A DNA stretch of 64,000 nt from Eledone cirrhosa (lineage: Eukaryota), in NCBI GenBank assembly GCA_964016885.1, contig OZ024741.1, positions 223,076,001 through 223,140,000 on the forward strand, given 5' to 3'. The translations under genes were made by a program, and so were the position numbers. Below, piece by piece: positions 10,170-23,729 of the stretch. The number at the start of each line of letters is the position of its first letter. Position 1 is the first letter of the stretch. Under the pieces are notes generated by a model. The model was not told the DNA's origin, searched no databases, and saw nothing but the letters and a program-made list of their open reading frames with translations.

Positions 10170-12950
10170 TATTTATTGTCTAATGGGGAACAATTACATA
10201 TTTAATTATTGTTTGTATTTGTTAATGACTTGTTTTTCTTTATTTATTCTCTGTTGTTGAGTGAAAGAGTCCGAGCATTTGGAGAGTAGGAATATTTTGA
10301 AGTCAGGTAGGTCTAACCATGCACATGTTGCAATGTGACTGCTTTAGGGGATTTATTGGCAGTGTATGGTAATTCTTTTGCGTTATGATACTCCTGTCTG
10401 TCCTATGTAATTTTGCAGAGATCCACAGCATATAATCATATAGATTAGGTTTCCGAGTTAGTGAAATTTTCTTTTATTCTAAAGGTTCGTCCATCTTTCA
10501 ATTAGGTATAAGCAGTTACAACAACTTGTTCTTTCTCATTTTCTAACACTGAAGTTGGGGATTTGTTTGTGGGTTTTTGCTCTAGTAAGGATATGTTTTA
10601 GTGTTTAGGGCTGTCTTTTACTCTTGATGATTTTGTGTGTTTCTAGAATTATTTTCATTTTTTTCACTTTCATATAGAATAGAAAGGGTTTTGCGAAGAT
10701 AGTTAAACATTTAGATATTTTGAGGGTTGAAAGTTGATACATATGGTAAAACATTTCCCCTGGTTTTGTTTTTTGTTGTCTTAAGCTCTTGGATGTCTAT
10801 ATATTTAGCCCTTTCTATTCCGTTGGTGATTACGCCGAGTGGGAATGTGCTTTGGGTGAGTATATTTTTGAGTTCATCCAGTCTTTGCTCTCGTTTGATC
10901 GGGCCTGATGCTATTGTGCAAATCCTTTTACTAGGTTAAATGGAATGATCAATTTTGTGTGTTTTGGGTGACTTGATGTTATAAGAAGGAACTGTTTGGT
11001 GTCCGTGGGATTATAGAAAATGTCTGTTTCTATTCTATCTATCTTTAAAATTTTGATGTCTAAAAAGGCTAATTCTTTGATATTAAACTCCATTGTGAAT
11101 TGGATATTTCTGTTAAGGTTATTAATCATATTTTTGAATTCTGTGAATGTATTAAGGTTTTCCTGCGATAAGATAAAGCAATCGTCCAGGTATCTTTTCC
11201 ACTTGTTTTTTAAGTTGTGTGTGAAATGTGTCTCCAAATAGCAATAGAGATTGGCTATGACTCGTTTGTTCATGGAATCCCATGACTAAATTGGTGTATA
11301 TAGAGGCTACTTTAGCGTCCATTGCGGTTCCTGATATTTATCGCTTCGCAAATCCATTGAACAGAATGTATTTGTTATGTAGTATGAACCTGAGTCCATC
11401 CAGGATGAAGTCTTTTTTAATGTATATTGGTAATTTGGATTGGTGTGTGTCTATCCAATATTAGATTGTTGTTGTTGCATAGTCATGGTGTGTGTTTGTG
11501 TACAATGTCAAAGGAAACAAACGTTGTGTGCTCAGTTACTATTTTGGGGAGATGATTTAGCATGTCTAGGTTGTCTCATATGTAGCTCTGCACATGTTTT
11601 AGGTAGGGCTTTAAAGGAGTGTCCAGAAAGTTACTCAATCTGTATGTTTCACATGCAGTGCCTAATTGGTCTGAGCTTTAAATCGTTAGGAGGTGTTAAC
11701 TGGATGCATTTGGTTCTCGGGGTTTTTCAAGCATCATTTATCTGTTTGCATTTGTGCAGTCTCGGTAGGCCGTAGAATATGCTAGTTTAGCATTTCGTGG
11801 TGAGGCCTTTAGAGTACTTATTTAGTAGAGTTAGAAGATTTTCCATTATTTCTGATTGCTTGTAGCTGAGTGATTTTTCATAGTAACTGTTATCTTCTAA
11901 CATTTTAGATGTCAGATTTTTATATTAGTCTGGGTTAATGATGACAACATTGCTACGTTTATCAGCTTCTTGAATGGTGATTTCTGTGGGGGTGGGGCGT
12001 GTTATTTTTTGTCTTTTTGTAAATCAATAAAGTTCTTTCATTCATGTTTTGAGAAATTTGATTTGGTGTTTCTGTTGTCAAATTTTTCAAGTGGGGAATT
12101 CATTATGTGTTTGCAATTGGAGTTTAGTACTTTATTTCTTCCTACCGATCTTTCTTCATTATCATTATCGGAGAAAATTGTGGTGGATTGGCAGTATCAG
12201 TAGAGCGTCAGACACCACACTTTGCAACATAGTTACACCCCTTTCTGAGTTCAAATCCCGCCGAGGTTAACTTTGCCTTTCATCCTTACGGGGTCGATAA
12301 AATAAAGCACCAGTAATGCACTGGGATAATTGCTGGCCTTGTGCTAAATAGTAGAAACAATTATCATTATCGGAGAAAAATTCTGCTAGTTTTCGACAAA
12401 TTCCGTGATACTTTTCATTTCGGGGAAATTTGAGTTTTGTGGGTTGTGTGTAAATTTCGGTCCCTTATTTAATATATCTACTTGAGTGTTTCTCCATGTC
12501 TTTCAAACGCTTCTCGTGTATGGTATTATCAACGCTTCTCGTGTATGGTATTATCAATGCTTCTCATGTATGGTATTATCAACGCTTCTCGTGTGTCCTG
12601 GTATTTCTGCTCTTGTGCTAAAAAAAGATTGTTATTTTGATTGCGACAGTTTTTTGTCTGTTTTGTGTGGGTCTGTAGGGTGATTTTTTAATGGAAATTA
12701 TTGTAGAATAGGGTGTGGTACCTGTTATAGTCACTTTTGTGCATGAGTTCTGTTGGAATTCCATGTCGTCTGGATGAATTTCTTCTAAAATTCATAAAGT
12801 TTGTGTTATGGGGATGTCCTTTGTTATTTTGTAGTTTGGTTCTTTGGGAGATATTTTTGTGGTTGTCAACATTGTAGTGATTGTGTGTGTTCTTTCTGTT
12901 GTAGTTGTTTCAGTGTGTTTTAGGTTGCTGTACTAAGAGTAATATTTCAA
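10170..12950 (-). mobile_element. Second degenerate Penelope-like retroelement (RT + GIY-YIG), interrupted by a SINE
   Basis: WKRYLDDCF, LAFLDIKI, IETDIFY, HPKHTK..IPFNL. A YIGQT-like motif lies near 10400. Confidence 0.87.
12180..12360 (+). mobile_element. tRNA/Meta-like SINE with 20-bp target-site duplication
   Basis: Same family as 8606. TSD attatcattatcggagaaaa at 12158-12177 and 12360-12379. Confidence 0.9.
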
Positions 12951-14429
12951 ACAAAGCATTGCTCCTTTTGGACAATGTACCAAGCCACCAAGTGAACTTA
13001 AATGATCTTTCTGATAATGTGAGAGTAGAATATGTTCTCAAGAACGCAACTTCTCTTTTTCGGCTAATAGATTAATGTGTGATACTACTCCTAACTACTA
13101 CTAAATCCACCCACTTCTTTGTGGTGACATAACAAAACCTTTCTATCTCGCACGTCAAGAGATACTAGGTGAAGTGGCTGCAATGAAAGTATCTAAAGTT
13201 CAAAAATTACATTGGTCAACTGCTTAGGAGCTCTGAATGGATTATAAAGATGTTATACCTAGCAGATATATTTTGAAATATTCAATATCCTTTAACACCT
13301 CCATGCAGGGTAGAAAGGCATCGTGTTTTACTATGGCAGATAAGAATGATGGCGTGAAACGGAAATTCAAAATGTGGAAGAGCAGCATGTCAAAATATTG
13401 TGTTGATGTGCTTTACAACTTGTCAATAATTGTAAATGATACCAACTCAAATTTTAAGACGTCCAGCTTGATGGCTCTATTAGAACGATTCGAATGGTAA
13501 TGAATAGATTAGAACTCCTTTCTTGGTGTCAAAGCCCAATGTCTCTGTGATATTGGAAAACCAATTGCTGGATCTTGCTGCTGACCATAGAATGAAAACG
13601 ACTTTTTACTCTGCAGTGTTATTGGAATGTTTCCTGAACTGACTGAAATTACTCTCAAAGCACTTCTGTAGCAAAATCTGTCCATGCCTTGAACCCTGGG
13701 TGACACCTAGAAGTCAAATTCTAGGTCACCATCCTTTTCGGCGTAAACAAGTTCATGCGTGGGCGATTCCTCGAGGCGGGAAACAGAAAACGACAGGTAC
13801 AAAAAGCCTTATCATCCCACGTCTAACACACACAGAGATCGGAGCAGTATGCTATAGACAAGCTATGTAAAAGATTCACCATTACCTACAGGCCGCAGAG
13901 GTCTACAGTCAACCACAGATCATTACTCTCTCTCTCTCCTGGTCTCAGACTACACCAGCCTCATGAAGCAACAACAAAATAACATTGTCAACCTTTGCGA
14001 CTCGTGGTAACTTATTTGTTGTTCTTTTTGACTGAAGTGAAGTAAACCTTTTCATATATAAAGTAAATCAGCTATTCTTGTAATTTCATCTAACGACCAC
14101 TACTAATACACTTCGTTATATTTCTTCCCCTTCTGTCTACATATTTATGTGAACTTTCGATTCATTTAATTTACACAAACTCACAATTTCTGATTTTACT
14201 GTGGATTTATCCATGCGAAATATTACATCAACTCACAGCCTTAAATGTTGTACTTCTAACGATTTTTATTTTCCTTCTCTTTGTATGTTCATTGCTCTTT
14301 CTCTTCCACTGTATTTACCTGCCTCTCACATGACCACACTCCTCTCCACGCACTCATAATCTTCTCCCTCCTCCACTTTCTATCCCTCCCTCTGCTCACC
14401 CCTTACTTCATCCTCGCACACAGCCCACC

Positions 14430-17400
14430 TATGTCTTCGGTCAACTCGTTGGTGGCTCGATGCTTCGATCAAACTATCACCGGTGATTGCCGATTGATAA
14501 AATTGCCTCCACTTTAACCTAGTCCACTCTAGGTGGTGGTGGCATGCGTCGAACGACCAAGAGACCTGCTTGGTGGAACAACTATGTGACAACCGGTCAG
14601 CCTTCAACCTCTCATTCTCCACCAACTTCGGCACGCACGAGAGGAGCTAACTTGTCCCCCTCCTCCACTTCACTGCAGATTCCGAGCGAATTCAACCCAG
14701 CCAACCCCATCATCCCTACAACTGTTAGCCCACCACCCAACCTCCGCTCTAGTCCCACCGTTAGAACCACTGCTGCTTCCTTTACTGACTCACTCCCTCC
14801 ACCGAATTCCAACGCTGGCCCTCTACTGCCGGCTGCTGCCAGCCCACCACCTGATTGCGCTCTCTGTGTCCGCACTAGCTGGTACTTAAAGACAAATGTC
14901 ACCTATGCGACGCAAGCTACCACAGAAGCTGTGTCGGCATCACCAAAGCTCAAGCCAAAAGGCTTCAATACTGGACCTGTAATCGGTGCCACTTCAGCTC
15001 TGACGAATTCCGTTGGGATGCCCCACGCTTCGATGACCAACTCTCTACCGAGGACTTTGCCACAGCCCTCCAGTGCTTCTCCAAATCTAAGCCCGTTAAC
15101 CGGATCCCTAAGGGAGCTCGGAATAGCTTTGCACGTGCCCTCTCTAATTTATTGAAAAATGTTTGCTCGTCCAACAATAGGCCTGACTGGCAGAAATTGT
15201 TTTTGTTTCCCCTCATCTCTCTTCACGTGCACAATGCGAACTCGAGTTCCCTCACGTCCTCTCTCAAGCGGCAGTTCCAGCTGTTTGAGTCCACCCCAAC
15301 CACGTCTCATCTCAGTTCGACATCAAGCTCGGTATCCACCAACAGACAACCGGTAGACCTCAGGTGAGTGGTCAATGCCAAATTCAGCGAATTTGACATT
15401 AAAGGGACTGTCCGTCTCCTCTCTTCTCTGTCCTCCCTTGCTCCGTGAAACTCTGATTCTCTTGAGTGACTGAAAGAGAAGCACCCATCGGCATCCCCAG
15501 ATCATCAGCTACACTGGCCCGAACCACCAGAATACTCGAGACCGGTTTACACCACCGATATCATCAGAAAGGCGATTTCATCCTTCCCCGCTGGGTCAGG
15601 CGCGGGAATTGACGGCCTTCATCCTCAACACCTCAAGGATGGTATCTCCTTATCGGCCAGTGACGCCGGACTCAAGCTCTTGGAGAGTCTGACTCAGTTT
15701 GTGAATCAGTTCTCTTCAGTGAACGTTCTCCCATTCATCCGCCCACTGTTCTTTGGTGTGAAGCTATTTGGTCTCACCAAGCCCAACGGGGACCTGTGCC
15801 CCATTGCGGTTGACTACACCCTTCGCCGTCTCACTGCAAAGGCGTGTTTGCTGTTGGTCTCTGACTCACTGGCGGAGGAATTCTTCCCCATCCAACTGGA
15901 GGTGGTACCAAGTTGGGATGTGAGGCTGCTGTCCACGCTACCAGAGCATTTACCAACTTGCCCTCCTCGTTCCCCAAGGTCATCCTCAAACTTGACCTCA
16001 GGAACACCTTTAACTCCGTCAGCCGCGACGTCGTCCTCGGCTCAGTATGAGAGAGGGTCCCACAACTCTATCACTTTGCTTGGCAGGCTTATCGGGAGCC
16101 CTCCTACCTCTCTTTCGGTAACCAAATCATCACCTCTGCCTCAGCAGTTCAACAGAGTGACCCACTCGGGCCCGCTCTGTTTGCACTGGGCATTGATGAT
16201 GTCATAAAGATAGGGGTTTAGTTGGACCTCAATGTCTGGTACCTCAACAACGCATGTTTGGGGGTAACTTCAGATATGGTTCTCGCCACTGCCAACGAGA
16301 TGGTTGAGGAACTTGGCCGCCGGGGTCTCCAGGTCAATAGCTCCAAATGTGAGCTCTGGATCCTCAACACCAACAGCTAATCGACCTGTTTGCAGAGTCC
16401 TTCCCTTCCATCGCGGTCCCTTCCCCGTCGGCTTGGTGCTCCTTAGGAGCCCCAATCACAGACCTGGCCTTCGAGTCAATCTTCCAATCAAAGATGGTTG
16501 GCCTTGAGCAGCTGCTGAAGAATATTGAGGTTATCTAACCCCATCAAGGTTTCTTCATACTCAGGAATTACCTGTCTATTCCTAAGCTTCTGTATCTGCT
16601 CAGGGTCAGCCCCTCTCACAGATTTCTGTCCTTCCTCCAACACTTCGACAATCTAATCTTCGAGAGACTCGAGTGCCTGGTCAATGTTAGACTCTCTCCA
16701 GAGTCCCGTGATCAGGCTGCGTCGCCCAAGCGATTTGGGGGTCTAGGTCTTCGTAAGTGTTCGTCCCTCTCTCTCCCCTGCTTCCTTTCCTCCACCCTGG
16801 TGAGCAGCATCCTATCCTCTCCAACATGGACTAGTTCCAACAGGGTGAAGCTCTCCGGCAATAGAGTGAGTTAGGCTTGTCTCTGAGAAGCTAGAGGACA
16901 GTCCAAGTCAGAGAACTTGGGACAACATAAGTTCGAAGGCCACCTTCGACTCCCTCTTCGTCCAGTCAGATCAGTTTGCAAGATGCCGCTTACTATCTGC
17001 CAGCGCCAAATACTCAGGCAACTGGGTTGATGCCCTACCCGTGGCCTATTCAGCCTGGACGAACTTCGTGTCTCCATTGCCCTCAGAGTGGGAGCTGACG
17101 TCTGCATGGGTTTAAGGTGCTGATGTGGCAAACTCCTCGACTCCACAGGCCTCAATGGTCTTTCTTGCCGCCTGAATGCCGGCCACTTCGCATGTCACAC
17201 AGAGCTAAACCTCATCTTCAAGAGAGCTTTGGCCCCGGGCGAATATCTTCTGTCTTGGAACCATCTGGGTTGTCCAGAAGTGACGGCCTTACCCTGTGCC
17301 CCTGGTCGAGAGGCAGGTGCCTTGTCTGGGACGCCACTGTTAGTGACTCTTTTGCTCTTTCCCACATCCTGGATGCTGCGGTTAGGACGAGAGCCACAGC

Positions 17401-17880
17401 TTCCGCAACCGAGCGGAGTAAGACCCTCAAATACTCTGATCTGTTGGCCAGCTACCTTTTTCAGCCTGTGGCTTTCGAGACGTTTGGGGAGTCGGGCCGC
17501 TGACTGTGAGGTTCCTTTTTTCACTGGCGGCTCGCCTAATAGAGGTAACTGGCGAATATCGCAAGGGTGCTTGGCTGTTCCGGCGCGCATTAGCCTCGCC
17601 ATCACCCGAGGCAACTCTGCGAGTGTGCTGGCTTGCCTCAAAAGTCATTAGAGAAGTCGCCCAGTACCCCTCGCTGCTATCTTTTGCTCTGGTGTTGGCT
17701 CGGTTGTTCACCCCTTCCTTTACATTTTCTTTACTGTTTTAAACTAGGATTTGTTTGTTTGTTTGTTTTTAGTACTGTTTGGTATTCCTTCTTAAGTTTC
17801 CACAGTTTTCTACCTCTCTTCTTTTATTTAAACATTGCCTTTCTCCCTTCCCTTCCCCTAAACCTTTTCCATACTTTCGT
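14430..17880 (+). mobile_element. CRE-clade non-LTR retrotransposon (PHD finger, RT, restriction-like endonuclease), degenerate
   Basis: Across frames: CHLCDASYHRSCVG..WTCNRC; FPAGSGAGIDGLHPQHLKD; FFGVKLFGLTKPNGDLCPIAV; GCEAAVHATRAF; QQSDPLGPALF; LEPSGLSRSDGLTLCPWSRGRCLVWDATVSD. Confidence 0.85.
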
Positions 17881-17949
17881 TATTTAATTGTTTTCCCTCT
17901 TTCTTTTTCTTTTTGTTATTGTAAACATTATATAACCGATATTGAAATT

Positions 17950-18441
17950 TGTCGAATAAATAAAACTCGAGAAATATGTTTAAAATTACGTGTTGCACTC
18001 TCTTCTATCGAGCCCAGACTTGATAAGAAGGAAACTCATTTTCCACAGTGACTGATGTCATATATGTTTTAAATAACATCTTAAGTTGTCAATTGTAATA
18101 AATTTATTTAAATCCTAATTGTTGCCTGTCATTGTTATTCGTTTTTAAGGTGTGGTGAAAACTTTTGTATTTGATATTTCGTTGTTGTTTTTTTTTAATG
18201 AGAAATTATATTATTTCAAAATACTCAAATATTTTACATTTCTTTGAAAATTTTAAAAGCGTGTAAGAAACAATTAAAAGTTGTTTAAAACCGACTATTA
18301 AAAAATAATAAGATTATCTAACCATGTTAGTTTTGCTTTTAAAATAAAATTTTAATAAATTATTCAATTTTCATTTTCCGGTTCGCGGATGGACAGAAAA
18401 ACTTTAGCAGGTTTGTCGTTTCAACAAGTTTGAGAAACACT
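17950..18441 (+). mobile_element. hAT (Charlie/Buster-like) transposon 3' remnant
   Basis: LRVALSSIEPRLDK resembles the transposase C-terminus. The region ends in gtttgagaaacact, a TIR-like sequence. Confidence 0.5.
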
Positions 18442-19579
18442 ACTGATCATCAAACGGGCCCTGGCTCGAGTAAAATTGCCCTTAATTCTGGAGCCGGTTT
18501 GATTACCTTGTGGCAATGCTTCGAGTGTATTGGCTCGGTCAAAGTTTTTTACTTAACCATTGTGATGTGATGTGCGGCCGGTGAATTGATGGTCGTTTTT
18601 GTTTTTAACCCCCCACCTTTCCTTTTCTCTCTTTTTTATGCGTTCATATTTGTGTTTACCAACGACATTATATTTGTAATGTTCTTCTGAACGAATTGCG
18701 AGCAATTTATAATGTTATTTACGCATATGCAATGTTATTTGTAATGTTGTTTATGTATATATTTAAAACATATTTGTAATATTATTTATACAACTGTTAA
18801 TAAAATCTACTGTAAATAACATAAGCGAGTAATAACCCCCCCCCCCCCCCCAAAAAAAAAAACAGTCAGACTGTATCCGTAAAAATTTACACATGTTTCT
18901 AGACTACATCAGATTCCTACATGAAGGTCTACAAGTCTTGGCTGATAACGATCCTAATCATGAACGTAACATAAAAAATTACAAGAGTTCATGAGTCAAG
19001 TTCCTACACTGAGCTGTGTGGACGATGTGTCGTAAACATCAAACAGTTTTGAATAAGCTCTGCACTCTTCGTGCAGGTGTTAATGTTAATGGACTATCGA
19101 GTAGACGAGAGTATTTGCCATCCTTTCAGTAACTCCATTACACCACCTCTTCCACCGCAGCAGTCAACACCTTTGCTACGATATTACAATTCTAAATTAT
19201 TCCTTAAAGTAATTTCTCTTTAAAACATTTTCATGCATGAAAGTGGTCGCATTACTTTTATTTTTTTAGATAAAAATATTAAATCAGAATGCATCTAAAT
19301 TTATAACATGAATGTCAATGGAAAAATACGTTTCGAGAACGAAATGGATTCAGTAACGCGAACGATGTCAGTTTGAGAAAATATTTGTAAAAGGGAAACT
19401 AATCCTACTATTATTTTCTTTATTAGTTACTTCCCTTTAAACTTTTTAAATATGCACAATTTAGTGTTATTGCTTTGTTTTATAGTTTAAATCTTATTTT
19501 TATTGTGTTATGAATGCCGCTGAAAAAGTGAGAATAAAGTTCTAAAATATCGGCAAACTATTTTTCCAACCTGTGGAGT

Positions 19580-19715
19580 TCGAGACATTTTGAGGAGCTG
19601 GACCGCTGACAACGAAAGTATTGTCATTATTGGCAGCTCCCCTTACCGAGGAATCAGGTGATGCTCTTGGTGAGGGTGCTTGGTTATTTCGGCGCCTTAG
19701 CCTCGCTATCACCCT
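19580..19715 (+). mobile_element. Second short CRE 3' fragment
   Basis: Similar to 17475-17610 (ttcgagac..ttt..gccgctgac..agggtgcttgg..ttagcctcgc.atcacc). Confidence 0.6.
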
Positions 19716-19816
19716 AAAAAATTATTAGAGGGAAGCTCCAGCGCCACATGTGGTGTATGATTGAGAGTATGGGTCTTCTCTCTCCTTTTTCTTCTTTATA
19801 CACATGTATGTATGTG

Positions 19817-20885
19817 TCAGGTCACCAGTTGGTGCTACTGGTAACATGTATCCCAGTACAACCTGTCTCATGGTCGGGTCGTTGGCGACTAAACTGACAA
19901 CCCCACCAAGGTTTCTTGGTGAGGAGGGTGACTTTGGACATCCTGCAGGACTAAAAACAAAACCTGTCAAAGGGCAAAGGAGCTCTTAAGAGTCAATGGC
20001 CATCCAAAATCACCGGGAGAGATGACCCATTAGCCTTTGTCAAGGCAGAATTCTAGGAGAAGGAAAACTCTGATATAACACCTGCAACCCTGATGGTATC
20101 CAATGATGTTGACTTGTTCTTCTTTTTGGTAAATATCATCTTGGTTAAGAGAGTGGGACTGGCTTTGTGCAGTGCCTTTGCTCACTATAAAAACTTCACG
20201 GCACAGGCATTGCTTTATATCTGGAGATCTTTCTGCACTTGTCGTTACATGGTACCATGGGCCCAGCACTATGTGTCAATAATTGTCACAGGTGTAGTGT
20301 TTGTACCAGAGTTTTCAAGTCGCTGGCTGGACTAAAAAGTCATATTCGTTCAGCGCATCGGTAGGCGTTCTCCTAGATGGATATAAAGTATTGGCCGTAC
20401 TCGAAAACGAGTTGGCAGCCACCATGTATGTATGTATGACAAAGGGCGGAAGAACTCATAAGAGTCAACGGCCATCCGAAAGTGTATAAATATATATATA
20501 TACACGTGTACCGCGCGGTTAAACCACGGGGAGTGAAGGACCCCTAGCCTTTGTCAAGGTATTCTTCTAGGAGAAGGCAACTCAGGAAACTGGGATAACT
20601 CCGATATAAAACCTGCGGCTCAGTAGTTACCGATGATGTTGATCTTTTCTTCTTTTCGGGTTATAGCTACTGTCGCTCAGAGAGTGGGACTAGCTCAGTG
20701 CACAGTCTTTCCTCACTTTAAAACATATCTTCACGCACAGGAATTAATAATTATTAATAATGGTATATTGTGCAATGGCCATACTCGATAAAGAGGGGGC
20801 AGCCATCATGTATGTATGTATGTATGTATGTATGTATGTATGTATGTATGTATGTATGTATGTATGTATGTATGTGTGCATGTAT
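19817..20885 (+). mobile_element. Tandem retroposon-derived repeats ending in (TATG)n; related copy at 39915-40092
   Basis: Two related units, each ending ggcagcca(c/t)catgtatgtatg. The head is shared with 39915. Confidence 0.6.
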
Positions 20886-21498
20886 GAAATGTAATTGTCC
20901 CAATGCAAATGGCCATAACAGCGCATGTGTGCACTTTATCCGATTTTCTTAACTATTGTTCGTAGAGATCGACTACCATTATGGTCATTTACGTTGGGAT
21001 GACTATATTTCGAATTTCAAATTTATCTTAATGCTTCTAAAGTAAACCAGTTGTTTATATGTATGTGTGTGTGTGTGTGTGTACGTGTACGCGTGCGCGT
21101 ATGAGAGAGAGAAGAGAGAGAGAGAGAAAGCATTGTTGGAAAATGAGTCTTAGCTCTGTTTCTCTCGGAGAAGAAATCGTCGGAAGATGACACAACTTGG
21201 TCAATCCCTTGCTTATATAAGCAACTGGTTAAGTTGCTTCGTTGTGACAATTGTCAATTGACAATTGTGGGAGTGGCCAAAACTTAGCTCATGTTTACAT
21301 GTTAAAAAGTATGTCAGAAACAAAGTGGAAGTGGGAGATAGGACGATAGAGGAGTGTTAAACACTATAAAATTATAAAACAGATATTCTATTTATTACAA
21401 ACACTAGAAATAGATAAACAAATATGTGTGTGCCTATGTGCATGCACACACAGACACATATATATGCATATATATGTATATATATTATATTATATAAT

Positions 21499-21533
<35 letters not shown>

Positions 21534-21623
21534 GTAATAATAATAAATTTGAAGACTAAAATCCGTTAAGAGTGAAAGCAGCGATTCTTTGCTTAAACTT
21601 TAATCTGTTATTTTAATAAATAA

Positions 21624-21680
<57 letters not shown>

Positions 21681-21684
<4 letters not shown>

Positions 21685-21900
21685 AAAGTTTTATTTAAAA
21701 TTGTTGGGTTACAACAAGTAAATATTTTATAACTGATATAAAGCACTCAACAAGTTTTGGAGTAGATATACGATATTAAACAAATGGAAACTATATTTAT
21801 AAAACCATATTTATTTCATTATACATATTTCAGGGATACCATATTAAAAATATGGCATGCCTTCTTCAGATAAAATACAATATATAAGCAGTTTTATAAA
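21681..21900 (-). mobile_element. Solo copy of the 1241-2175 pLTR-like family, in (TA)n
   Basis: Reverse complement of about 1960-2175. Confidence 0.85.
21812..21877 (-). ncRNA. Minimal type I hammerhead ribozyme
   Basis: Reverse strand reads UAUUUUAU-CUGAAGA-AGGcAUGCCAUAU..AUAUGGUAUcCCU-GAAA-UAUGU-AUA-AUGAAAUA. Confidence 0.75.
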
Positions 21901-21996
21901 TATATATATATATATATATATGTGTGTATGAATGAAGTAATTCCGTCGGAAAAGTCCAGGAAAAAAGAGTGCTCTATGTAGGTAACAGAGCTTAAT

Positions 21997-22235
21997 AGTT
22001 ATGTAATAAACAACATAAGGCAATTATTCCATTTACCAGTGGTTTCTTAAAAGCAAAAAATTTTGCTTTCAATCCTCAGAATGAAAAAATCCTGGTCTGT
22101 TTATTGAATTTGGATTTAAAAATTCAAATTCAATAAACAGACCAGGATTTTTTCATTCTGAGGATTGAAAGCAACACTTTTGGCTTTTAAGAAACCACTG
22201 GTAAATGGAATAATTGCCTTATGTTGTTTATTACA

Positions 22236-22241
<6 letters not shown>
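21997..22241. repeat. Near-perfect 245-bp palindrome
   Basis: agttatgtaataaacaacataagg... pairs with ...ccttatgttgtttattacataact. Centre near 22118. Confidence 0.92.
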
Positions 22242-22298
<57 letters not shown>

Positions 22299-23729
22299 CG
22301 AAGGAAGTGTGGTAAGGAACCAGATGGACCACAACGCACCAGAGTACTCAATACTTAGAGTAGTAGAGTGGGTAATAGGAAAATATTTAACCCCGACGGC
22401 AGAGCTCAAGCCGTTTCGACGGACGGCTTTTTCTGGACTGAAATAGTCGTCGAAACGGCTTGAGTTCTGCCGTCGGGGGTAAACATTTTCATATATATAT
22501 ACACTGTGTTTCTTAGACGATATATGGCTCTTTCTCTATATAGTCATAGCTTTTTCATTTGCTTTATATATATATATATATATGTGCGTGTGTGTGTGTG
22601 TAATCTTAATGCACGGAAACTAATGCTACCCAGAGGTTGACTGATATGGGACTGTCCGTTTTTCTGTTTGTTTTTGGTTTTTTTTTCGTTGTCTGTCCTG
22701 CGCGTCCTCTGTTTTAGATATACATGTAGGGGGGGGGGGGTCTAAAAGTTGCATGTATATGTTGTGGTTCAAATACTCTAATATCTATTTATCATAAGCA
22801 TTTTCACTGGAGGGAGAATATATTTTCAACTAAAGAGCTATATGGTCTTTTTCTGATCACCAGTTGAGTGCCTATTAAAAGGAGACAGTGAGACGAGGAG
22901 AAAGAGATGGTGTATGCAAGGTCATTTGGTGGCAGAGAAAAAGATAAAAATCCGAGCTAGAGGATGAGGAGAAAGTCAAAGTAGCTATTAACAAGAGTTG
23001 AGGAAGGAGATATGATATTAATTTAAATAGGTTAGATAAGTACGTACGTACATACGTAAGCAATCATACGTACAGACAAATGCATTTAAACACCAGCATA
23101 CATGTACGCAAGTAATCTGAAAAATGTGTACACAAACATATACGTCTGTGTAATTGCTTTTGCAGTTGGACCTCTCTTGTTTCCGACGACACTGCCTGCT
23201 TGTGAAATTGACGTACAAATGGCAAAAACATGTACCATTAACATAGTTCTCGGGGAGATTCAACTTGATATAAAATGTGACAGGGTTGGCTCCTATAGTT
23301 ACAGGTACAACTCTTTTTAACTAATTGAGTGAAATAAAGTGCCTTGCTTAAGGACACAATATGAATAAACATCCTTATCACTACCCCACCCGATTTCACA
23401 CACGTCTATACAAATATTTATTTTTAACTTTAATTTTTATTTCAATGGAATGCATATAAATAAACAGAATTTATATTAAAAACGGAATTTGAAAAATGTG
23501 GGTGAACACACCCAACCGGAAGCAGACACGGTTACACACACGGGGGTCAGACACGCTCTCATGCACAGTCATAATAATCTTTACAAATACATACGCCTAT
23601 AGAAACGCTTGCAAACAAAAAAATGTACTAAAAATAAACACTGTTTGGTGGGAAATGACACGGAAACAAATACATGTATCATGCATGCAAAAATTACGCG
23701 GCCTCCCCGCGCGCACACATTATATGTAT

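Noticed and set aside
12950-13760. Coding-looking segment (ORF 13237-13500)
   Set aside because: Possibly a transposase remnant, but I could not recognise a motif to support a call.
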